Below the pieces are notes generated by a model, which was not told the origin of the DNA, searched no databases, and was given only the letters and a program-made list of their open reading frames with translations. This document shows positions 1 through 7,544 of a DNA stretch of 64,000 nt, one piece after another; the stretch's first letter is position 1, and the number at the start of each line of letters is the position of its first letter. A program made the translations under genes and the position numbers. This DNA comes from Pseudomonadota bacterium. Its GTDB lineage: Bacteria; Verrucomicrobiota; Verrucomicrobiia; Limisphaerales; SXTU01. The stretch is taken from NCBI GenBank assembly GCA_009922615.1, contig RFVF01000014.1, positions 2,188 to 66,187 on the forward strand, written 5' to 3'.

Positions 1-968
1 GACTCGTCGTAGTTGAAGACCATCTCAATGCCGGGCGGGATGGCCTCGCGAATGCGCGCGACCTCCGCCTTGACGGCCTTGGCGACGTCCACAGTGTTAG
101 CTTTCGACTGCTTGACGATGCCGAGAAAAATGCACGGCCGGCCGTTGTTGCGGGCGATGGTGCGTTCGTTCTCGACGCCAGCCTTGGCTTCACCGATGTC
201 GCGGAGGCGGACGATTTTCACGCCGTCGTTCTTGACCACCAGCTCGTTGAACTCGGCGGGCGTCTTCAGCTCGCCACGCGTCTGGATGGTCATCTCGCGG
301 TCGATATTCTCCACGCGGCCGCTAGGCAGCTCGACGTTTTGCTGCTTCAGTGCGCGCTCCACGTCGAGCACGGTGATCTGGTGGGCGGCCATCTTCTCCG
401 AGTCGAGCCAGAGGCGGATGGCGAAGCGCTGCTCGCCGCCGATGATGACGCCCGACACACCGCGAATGGTTTGGAGGCGGTTCTTGATCTGCTTTTCCGC
501 GAGCTGCGTGAGTTCAAGCGGCGAATAGGTCGCACTGTTGATGCCGATCCAGATGACGGCCTGCGCGTCGGCGGATTGCTTGGCGACGATCGGTTCCTTG
601 ATGGTGTCGGGCAGCTTGCCGCGCACGCGCGAGACGCGGTCACGCACATCCTGCGCGGCGAGGTCCACATCGCGGGACAAATCGAACTCGATGGTGATGG
701 TGCTCACCTCCTCGCGGCTTTGGCTGGTGAGCGTCTTGATGCCCTCGATGTTGTTGATCTCCTCCTCCAGCCGCTCAGAGACTTCAGTCTCGACGACCGC
801 CGCGCTCGCCCCCGGATAGACCGTCGTCACGCTGACGATGGGCGGGTCAATGTCCGGCAGCTCGCGCACCGGCAGGCGTTCGAGTGCGATGAGGCCGAAG
901 AGAATGAGCGCGAGGCTCATCATCGTGGTGAGCACCGGCCGGCGGATGCTGATTTGCGGGAGAATCAT
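1..968 (-). CDS. RND (AcrB/HAE1-type) efflux permease, N-terminal ~322 codons; gene continues past the left edge
   Basis: Not in the ORF track because it runs off the edge. My reverse-strand translation from ATG at 968-966 gives MILPQISIRRPVLTTMMSLALILFGLIALERLPVRELPDIDPPIVSVTTVYPGASA..., the canonical TM1 and porter N-terminus of RND pumps. It lies 8 nt downstream of the adaptor gene. Confidence 0.85.
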   Translation of the reverse strand, partial: MILPQISIRRPVLTTMMSLALILFGLIALERLPVRELPDIDPPIVSVTTVYPGASAAVVETEVSERLEEEINNIEGIKTLTSQSREEVSTITIEFDLSRDVDLAAQDVRDRVSRVRGKLPDTIKEPIVAKQSADAQAVIWIGINSATYSPLELTQLAEKQIKNRLQTIRGVSGVIIGGEQRFAIRLWLDSEKMAAHQITVLDVERALKQQNVELPSGRVENIDREMTIQTRGELKTPAEFNELVVKNDGVKIVRLRDIGEAKAGVENERTIARNNGRPCIFLGIVKQSKANTVDVAKAVKAEVARIREAIPPGIEMVFNYDE

Positions 969-975
969 GGCGGGT

Positions 976-2079
976 TCAGTTCGTGGCGGCTGGGGCCGGG
1001 CTCTGCTTCGGCAAGTAAGCTGCCGCCGCCTCCGGCCCCGCTGGTTTCACCTTCGCCCCGGGTCGCACCTTCTGCACACCTTCCACAATGACCAACTGAC
1101 CGGCGTCCACGCCTTCGAGAATTTCCACCACACCGGCCGACCGCACGCCAAGTTTCACCGGACGGAGCTGGGCGTTCGAGTCCTTGTCCACGACATAAAG
1201 CATCGTGCGGTCGGCGTTGACCATGATGGCTGGCTCGGGCACCACGACGGCAGCGGCGCGGAGTTGGAGCGTGAGGTCGAGGTTCGCAAACATGCCGGGC
1301 TTGAGCGTCAGGTCGGGATTGGGAATGCGCGCCTTCACCAAGGCGGTGCGCGTGGCAGTGTCCACCTGTGGGGCGATGAAATAAACCTCGCCCTTGAAGG
1401 TTTTGCCCGCGAACGCCGCGACACGCAGTTCGATGGTCTGCCCCAGCTTCAGTAGACTCAGAAAACGTTCGGGCACGTTGACCTCCACCTTCACCGGGTT
1501 GAGATCCACGAGCGTGCCAAGCGCGGTGTCTTTCTTGATCACCTGGCCGACGCTGACATTACGAGCCCCCATCACTCCAGCGAACGCCGCGTGAATCTTC
1601 GTGTCCTTCAGCTCGCGCTGCCGCACCGCGATGGCGGCCTGCATGGACTCATAGCGCGACGCAAGCTGGTCGAACTCCTGTTGGGAAATGGTCTTGTCGC
1701 GCAGAAGCTGCTGGGCGCGGTCGTAGTTCACCTTGCTGAGTTTCAGGTTCACCTCGGCCTCGGCCAGCGCGTTCGTGAGCTTCGATTCGTCGAGGCGGAA
1801 GAGCAGTTGCCCCTTGGTCACTGGCTTGCCTTCCTCGTAGCCGATCTCCACGACCGTGGCCTCCAGCTCTGCCTTGATCTCCACCCACTCGTTCGCCGTG
1901 AGCGTGCCGACGAGCGAGAGCGATTCCGCCACCGCCTCGCGTCGCGCCTCGACGGCGACGACTTGTGTGGGGGGAAACACGGGTGGCCCACCGGTTGCGG
2001 CGGCAGGCTTTTGGTTGCAACCGGCGAGCAACGCTAGTGCGCTGAAGGCCAGGGGGATCAGGGGTTTTAGCATTTGCAT
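976..2079 (-). CDS. Efflux RND periplasmic adaptor (membrane fusion protein, HlyD/AcrA family), lipoprotein
   Basis: 367-aa ORF. Signal peptide has the lipobox LLAGC. Coiled-coil hairpin and beta-barrel segments are typical of MFPs. It sits between the TetR and RND genes. Confidence 0.9.
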   Translation of the reverse strand: MQMLKPLIPLAFSALALLAGCNQKPAAATGGPPVFPPTQVVAVEARREAVAESLSLVGTLTANEWVEIKAELEATVVEIGYEEGKPVTKGQLLFRLDESKLTNALAEAEVNLKLSKVNYDRAQQLLRDKTISQQEFDQLASRYESMQAAIAVRQRELKDTKIHAAFAGVMGARNVSVGQVIKKDTALGTLVDLNPVKVEVNVPERFLSLLKLGQTIELRVAAFAGKTFKGEVYFIAPQVDTATRTALVKARIPNPDLTLKPGMFANLDLTLQLRAAAVVVPEPAIMVNADRTMLYVVDKDSNAQLRPVKLGVRSAGVVEILEGVDAGQLVIVEGVQKVRPGAKVKPAGPEAAAAYLPKQSPAPAATN

Positions 2080-2085
2080 GGAAAA

Positions 2086-2685
2086 TCAAGTTCGCGCCGC
2101 CGCGCCTTCGAGGAACAACTGCACAATCTGCCGGGCGGTCTTCCGGCTGGGCTTCTGGCCGGGCTGCACGAGCTCGGCCTGCACGTGGATGTTCATCATG
2201 CCGAAGATGCCCCGGGCCAGGTGCTCGGCGGTGAACGCGCGTTTGAGTTCGCCCGCACGCTGCCCGCTGCGGATCAGGTCGCGGATCAAGTCGAAGTTGC
2301 GCTGGCACTTGTCGAGATAACGAATCTCCTTGGGCATCTCGCCGCGTGCGGCAAAGGCGGTGGCATAGACGAGGCCGACGAGTTCGCGGTGACTCTTGAG
2401 AAATGCGAAATGCGCGTTGAGGATTTCCTCCAGCTTGCCGGACAAATCTTTGCCTCGCGCCGAGGCTGCTTGCATGAGGCGGAATCGCTCGTCGTGCGCT
2501 CGATTGAGTAGCGCCTGGTAGAGCTCGGCCTTGCTGGGAAAGTAGTAGTAGAGCGCCGGCTTCGTCACGCGCGCGCCGTCCACGATATCTTGGATGGACG
2601 TGCCCGCGTAGCCCCGGTCGGCGAAGAGCCGCAGGGCGATGGCGAGAATCTTGTCCCGCGTGGCATTGACAACATTAGGCTCCAT
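2086..2685 (-). CDS. TetR/AcrR family transcriptional regulator
   Basis: 199 aa. N-terminal HTH LAIALRLFADRGYAGTSIQDIVDGARVTKPALYYYFPSKAELY matches the TetR_N signature. First gene of the efflux operon. Confidence 0.9.
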   Translation of the reverse strand: MEPNVVNATRDKILAIALRLFADRGYAGTSIQDIVDGARVTKPALYYYFPSKAELYQALLNRAHDERFRLMQAASARGKDLSGKLEEILNAHFAFLKSHRELVGLVYATAFAARGEMPKEIRYLDKCQRNFDLIRDLIRSGQRAGELKRAFTAEHLARGIFGMMNIHVQAELVQPGQKPSRKTARQIVQLFLEGAAART

Positions 2686-2707
2686 CTACTTACCGAACGG
2701 TAGGTAG
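2686..2707. promoter_or_regulatory. Candidate TetR operator: 22-nt palindrome CTACTTACCG-AA-CGGTAGGTAG
   Basis: The 10-nt arms are complementary at 9/10 positions and directly abut the TetR ATG (2685). TetR regulators typically autoregulate through such palindromes. Confidence 0.35.
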
Positions 2708-2754
2708 CAGCAGACGCAGCGCAAAGGCAAGCCCCGTTCTTCGACGGATGTAGT

Positions 2755-4245
2755 TTAGCTGAGAATCTCCCGAATGACGTGCCCGTGATCGATCTCCAGC
2801 CGCTTGCGGCCCGGCACTTCGAGGCGGCGCAAATCCATTCCGAGCAGGTGACAGACGGTCGCGTGTAAGTCAGTGACGTAGTGGCCTTCACCCTGCGCGT
2901 GGTAGCCCAGTTCGTCTGTCTCGCCGTGGACCACGCCGCGCTGGACGCCCGCACCCGCCATCCAAATCGTAAAGCCATGCGGGTGATGGTCGCGGCCGTC
3001 CTTGCCCCCGCCGCGCTGCTCCAAGCCCGGCGTGCGCCCGAACTCCGTGCAAAAGACCACGACTGTGTCCTCCAGCATCCCGCGCTGCTTCAAGTCTTGG
3101 AGCAAGCCCGCCACCGGCTTGTCCACGCTGGCGCACAGCCGCGTGTGGTTGTCCTTCAACTTCTGGTGCGAGTCCCAAGTCCCGTAGCCGCTCGGATACA
3201 CCTGCACAAAACGCACGCCGCGCTCGACGAGCCGCCGCGCGGCGAGCAGGCGCTGGCCGGCCTGCTTCGTCGCGTCAGCGTCGAGGCCGTAAAGCTTCTT
3301 CGTCGCTTCGGTCTCCGGCGCGAAGTCCAGCACCTCGGGCACGGCCATCTGCATGCGGAAGGCCAGCTCGTAAGCCTTGATGCGCGCACGCAAGGCGTCG
3401 TCCTGTGGATACTCCACGGCGGCGAGGCGGTTCAGCTTGCCGATGAGTTCATACTCCGCGCGCTGCTCGTCGGCGGACTGGCGGGCGTCGCGCTGGCCGA
3501 AGGGAAGCGGGTTCTTCGGGTCCAGCGCGAGCGGCACGCCGCCGTGCTCGGGGCCGAGGTAAAGCGAGTTGATGCTCCAGTGCGTCGTCGAGTTCGTCGG
3601 GCCGCCGAGCACGACGAACTTGGGCAGGTTCTCGTTGAGCGTGCCCAGGCCGTAGTGAATCCACGCGCCGAGGCTGGGCTGTTGCTCGTCAAGGCGATGG
3701 CGGCCCGTGTGGATTTGGTTCTCGGCGAAGTGGTCGTTGTCCGTCGTCCACATGTTGCGCACGAACGCGAGGTCGTCCGCGCACGACGCGAGGTGCGGCC
3801 ACCAGTCGGTCATCTCCACGCCGCACTGGCCGCGCGGCGCGAAGCCCACCTGCATCGGGTAGATGCTTGGATATACGTCGCGCACGTTGACCTCCTGCGC
3901 GGGCACGGAGCGGAAGCGCTTGTGGTGCTTGTCGGACGTGAGCGGGTTGGCCAGCGGCGTCTTGTCGAAGGTCAGCCCGGCGTATTTGGTCAGCGCCGGC
4001 TTCGGGTCAAAGGTCTCGACGTGGCTGTAGCCGCCGCTGAGGAAGATCCAGATGACCGACTTGGCCTTGGGCGTGAAGTGCGGCCGGCCATCGGTCGGGG
4101 AAAACTTTGGCTGGGCCGGAGAAGCCGCCTTCGCCACGCCGTCGTTGAACAACGTCGCGCCCAAGGCCAGCCCGGTGAAGCCCAGGCCGAGGTCGGAGAG
4201 GAACATCCGGCGGGGGAGCGAGTCTCGTTGGGTTGGAATGTTCAT
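2755..4245 (-). CDS. DUF1501 domain protein (sulfatase-fold, Tat-exported)
   Basis: 496 aa. Twin-arginine signal PRRMFLSDLGLGFTGLALGA. C-terminal signature FCTEFGRTP...GRDHHPHGF..WMAGAGV. Start overlaps the upstream gene stop (ATGA). Confidence 0.9.
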   Translation of the reverse strand: MNIPTQRDSLPRRMFLSDLGLGFTGLALGATLFNDGVAKAASPAQPKFSPTDGRPHFTPKAKSVIWIFLSGGYSHVETFDPKPALTKYAGLTFDKTPLANPLTSDKHHKRFRSVPAQEVNVRDVYPSIYPMQVGFAPRGQCGVEMTDWWPHLASCADDLAFVRNMWTTDNDHFAENQIHTGRHRLDEQQPSLGAWIHYGLGTLNENLPKFVVLGGPTNSTTHWSINSLYLGPEHGGVPLALDPKNPLPFGQRDARQSADEQRAEYELIGKLNRLAAVEYPQDDALRARIKAYELAFRMQMAVPEVLDFAPETEATKKLYGLDADATKQAGQRLLAARRLVERGVRFVQVYPSGYGTWDSHQKLKDNHTRLCASVDKPVAGLLQDLKQRGMLEDTVVVFCTEFGRTPGLEQRGGGKDGRDHHPHGFTIWMAGAGVQRGVVHGETDELGYHAQGEGHYVTDLHATVCHLLGMDLRRLEVPGRKRLEIDHGHVIREILS

Positions 4246-4778
4246 TCCGATTTGCTGGCATCGCTCGAAACTCTGGCCTGAGAGGTTTCATCTAGACCGA
4301 GCTTCTTCCACAAGTCTTCGACAGTAGCTTTCTGGATGTTCCGGTCGTTGGACAAGACGCCCGCATAGAACTTTTCCACTTCAGCCTGGCTTGCCGACTC
4401 GACGAACCACTTCTGAAACGCTGGAGAGACAGAGCGAATTGGGTGCATTGGTCCGCAGCCGAAGTAGGTCGTGTTGCCGGCTAGGCCAAAGCCCCGGTAG
4501 CAGGAGCTCCGCGTCCAGACGTGCTCGTGTGCAGGAAAGCGGGCGTCGTAAATCGGAGTCAATTCGCTCGGAGTAGTTCGGGTGAAGTCAATCCCGGCGA
4601 TGGTGTTTATGCAACGGCCAGCCCGACACTTGATGCAAGTCTGGTGAACCCTGTGCCGCACCGTGCCGAAAGTGTAGCGCAGGGTTAGCAGCATCAGCCC
4701 GAGAGTCAGAACCAAGACCGCGCCCCTCTTGGTTAGCCCCGCAGCTGCTAGGTTTTGTCTGATTAGGTGCCACTTCAT
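4242..4778 (-). CDS. Hypothetical small single-pass membrane protein, Cys-containing, no family recognised
   Basis: 178-aa ORF with ATG start and ATGA overlaps at both ends (4775-4778 and 4242-4245). One N-terminal TM helix, GAVLVLTLGLMLLTL. GC is ~52% against ~64% in the flanks. Confidence 0.6.
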   Translation of the reverse strand: MKWHLIRQNLAAAGLTKRGAVLVLTLGLMLLTLRYTFGTVRHRVHQTCIKCRAGRCINTIAGIDFTRTTPSELTPIYDARFPAHEHVWTRSSCYRGFGLAGNTTYFGCGPMHPIRSVSPAFQKWFVESASQAEVEKFYAGVLSNDRNIQKATVEDLWKKLGLDETSQARVSSDASKSE

Positions 4779-7480
4779 CGCACAGTCAGAAAGTCATTAT
4801 GGTTGAGCAAAGCTCGGACAAGGCTTGTTAGTGTCCGAACGTCGCCTTTTTTTGCTTCATTCTCAAGTTGCTTCTTGAGGAAAGCCTCACATTCCGCCAG
4901 TTCTGCATGGCTGGGCGGGCGGGTGAGGATTTGCTCGAAGGCGGCGGTGATGAAGGCGGCGTTGTCCGAGGCCCGAGCTCCGAGGCGCTTGGCGATGGCG
5001 GGCGTGTGGTCGTGGACGAGCTTGCTGTTGGTGAGCGCGAGGGCTTGCTGCGGGATGACGCTGCGGGTGCGGCGGTAGCAGTCGTTCGGGTCGGGCGCGT
5101 CGAACAGGGCGCTGAACTCGCTGCGGCCGTCGGACTCAGGGTTGAAGCTGTAGTAGAGGCTGCGGCGCGTGGTGGTGAGAGCGTCCTTGTTCTCCAGCTC
5201 CTGCCCGCCCATGCGCGGGTCCAGCGTGCCCGCGAGGTGCAGCAGGCTGTCGCGCACGACCTCGGCTTCCATGCGGCCGGGGTTCATGCGCCAGAGGAGG
5301 CGGTTCTCGGGGTCGAGGGTCGAGGGTCGAGGGTCGAGAGCCGGAAGGTTCTTGCCCTCGACTCTCGACTCTCGACTCTCGACCGCGCTGGCACGCCGAT
5401 ACGCCGCGCTCGTCACGATGAGCCGGTGCAGATGCTTCATGCTCCACCCGCTCTCCATGAACTCGGCGGCGAGCCAGTCGAGCAACTCGGGGTGCGTGGG
5501 CGGCTTGCCGCTGCGACCGAAGTCGAAGACGGACGCGACGAGCGGCTCGTGGAAGTGGCGCGCCCAAATGTGGTTCAAGGCCACGCGCGCGGTGAGTGGG
5601 TTGTCGCGCGAGGCAATCCACTCGGCGAGCGCCTTGCGCCGGCCCGTGCTCTCGCGCGGATAGACGGGGCTGAAGGCGGTGTAATCCGTGCTGTCCTTCG
5701 CGAGCGCGGCCTCGGCATCGGTGACGGCCTTCTTCGCGGCGGTCAACGCAGTCTCCGCTTTGGTGAGCGCGGTCTTGGTGTCGGCTTTGGCCTTGTCGTC
5801 CTTCGCGGCTGCGGAGTTGGTCTTTGCGGTGGCGAGGTCGGCGTCGGCTTTGGCCAAGGACTCTTTGGCGGCGGCGAGTTTGAACTGCCGTTCGGCTTTG
5901 CTGGCGGCGCGGGCGAGGGTGTTGGTGTCCGATGCTTCGTTCCGAGCGATGCTCGGCGCTCCGAACTTCGCTTCGTCCGCGGCGAGGCGGGCGATGACGG
6001 AGGCGCGTTCGGCTTCGGCGGTGGCGAGGCGGGCTCCGGTCAAGGCGGTCTTGTTCGTCGTGACGGTTTGCTTTGCGGTGGCGAGGGCATCGTCCACGCG
6101 CTTCAGCTCGGCTTCGCGGATGAAGGGCTTTGCGCCGGGATACGCCACGGTGGTCGGCAGTGACACGGGCGTGACTTGCAGTGACTTGCCGCCGAGGAAT
6201 TCTGGCATGGCGGGCAATACAGGCGGGCGATTGGTGAGGCGATTGCGCTCGTCGCCGCCGGTGTAGAACCACGTCTTCGCCGCGGCGTCCTTGTCGAACA
6301 CGCGCACGGAGCCGAGGCGCTGGACTTTGCGATTCTTGCTGTAGTCGTAGTCCTGGAACGGGCCGGGGTCGGCTTCGCCGGGCCAGCGGTCCTGGCGCAC
6401 GTAGAGCGGCTCGAAGAAGGCGCGGAAGCTGAAGTAGTCGGCCTGCGTGATGGGGTCGTATTTGTGGTCGTGACAGTGCGCGCAGTTGAAGGTGAGGCCG
6501 AGGAATGCCTTGCCGGTGTGCTCGACGTTCGCGCGCATCCACTCGTTGGGGTTGAGCGCATACCAGTTGCGGACAAGATAGCCGGTGGCAACAGCGGTCT
6601 CGTCGTCCAGCGGCGCGATTTCGTCGCCGGCGAGCATCTCTTTCACCATGCGGTCGTAGCCGTGGTCGGCATTGAGGGACTTCACAATCCAGTCGCGCCA
6701 GCGCCAGATTTGCGGCGCGGAGTTCCACACGTCGGGCACCTGGCGGCGGCCAAACCAGTCGCTGTAACGCCACACGTCCATCCAGTGCCGCGCCCAGCGC
6801 TCGCCGTGGCGTGGGTCGTTCAAGAGTCGCTCCACGACGCGCTCGTAGGCATCGGGCGCAGCGTCGGCGAGGAAGGCGTGCAACTCCTCGCGCGTGGGCG
6901 GCAGGCCGAGGAGGTCGAGATAGACGCGGCGGAGCAGCGTGGGTTTGTCGGCGGGCGGGACTGGCGTGAGCTTGATGGCGGAGAGGCGGGCGTTGATGAA
7001 GGCGTCAACGGGATTGCCGATTGCCGGTTGTCGGCTGCCGATTTTTGGAAGCGCCGGGCGGACGACGGGCTTGAACGCCCAATGGTCACTCGGACTCGGC
7101 TCAGGTTGCTCGTCCTTCGGGGCGGGCGTGCTGGCAGCGATCCACGCGCGGAGCAAATCGATTTGCTCGGGCTTGAGCGGGGAAGCGTCCTGTGGCATTC
7201 GCTCGGCGGGATCGGTGGCCGAGACCTTCGCGAGCAACCGGCTTTGGTCCGGTTTGCGCGCAACGAGCGCGGGGCCGTGCTGGCCGCCCTTTAACGCCAG
7301 CGCAACGGTATCGAGGCGGAGGCCGGACTTCTGTTGCAAGCCGCCGTGGCAGGAATAGCAATGCGCGCGCAGCAGCGGCTTGATGTCCTTCATGTAGTCC
7401 ACGCGCTCGGCGGCCTGCGTGCCTGCAAGCAGCGCCAGCCAGACGGCGAGGGTGAGGCGCAAGGCGGGTGCGGTGGACAT
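4775..7480 (-). CDS. PSCyt1 + DUF1549 (PSCyt2) + DUF1553 (PSD1) protein
   Basis: Track ORF starts at a TTG (7495). The ATG at 7480 gives the signal peptide MSTAPALRLTLAVWLALLAGTQAAE. Contains the heme-like motif CYSCHGG, then NPVDAFI (DUF1549), an Ala/Lys coiled linker and a DUF1553 C-terminus. Confidence 0.9.
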   Translation of the reverse strand: MSTAPALRLTLAVWLALLAGTQAAERVDYMKDIKPLLRAHCYSCHGGLQQKSGLRLDTVALALKGGQHGPALVARKPDQSRLLAKVSATDPAERMPQDASPLKPEQIDLLRAWIAASTPAPKDEQPEPSPSDHWAFKPVVRPALPKIGSRQPAIGNPVDAFINARLSAIKLTPVPPADKPTLLRRVYLDLLGLPPTREELHAFLADAAPDAYERVVERLLNDPRHGERWARHWMDVWRYSDWFGRRQVPDVWNSAPQIWRWRDWIVKSLNADHGYDRMVKEMLAGDEIAPLDDETAVATGYLVRNWYALNPNEWMRANVEHTGKAFLGLTFNCAHCHDHKYDPITQADYFSFRAFFEPLYVRQDRWPGEADPGPFQDYDYSKNRKVQRLGSVRVFDKDAAAKTWFYTGGDERNRLTNRPPVLPAMPEFLGGKSLQVTPVSLPTTVAYPGAKPFIREAELKRVDDALATAKQTVTTNKTALTGARLATAEAERASVIARLAADEAKFGAPSIARNEASDTNTLARAASKAERQFKLAAAKESLAKADADLATAKTNSAAAKDDKAKADTKTALTKAETALTAAKKAVTDAEAALAKDSTDYTAFSPVYPRESTGRRKALAEWIASRDNPLTARVALNHIWARHFHEPLVASVFDFGRSGKPPTHPELLDWLAAEFMESGWSMKHLHRLIVTSAAYRRASAVESRESRVEGKNLPALDPRPSTLDPENRLLWRMNPGRMEAEVVRDSLLHLAGTLDPRMGGQELENKDALTTTRRSLYYSFNPESDGRSEFSALFDAPDPNDCYRRTRSVIPQQALALTNSKLVHDHTPAIAKRLGARASDNAAFITAAFEQILTRPPSHAELAECEAFLKKQLENEAKKGDVRTLTSLVRALLNHNDFLTVR
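5311..5384. repeat. Repeat-armed hairpin: 4 x GGTCGAG, 18-nt loop, 3 x CTCGACT + CTCGACC, in frame inside the DUF1553 gene
   Basis: Read directly from the sequence. Translated ESRESRVEGKNLPALDPRPSTLDP on the minus strand. Confidence 0.85.
7012..7039. repeat. Degenerate heptamer array (GATTGCC GATTGCC GGTTGTC GGCTGCC)
   Basis: Read directly from the sequence. Translated RQPAIGN immediately before the conserved NPVDAFI of DUF1549. Confidence 0.7.
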
Positions 7481-7544
7481 GGCTTGTGCTAGCAAATGCC
7501 CGCGCGGTGGCGAGGAGAAACTTTCACTGTTCCACGGGGCAAAG

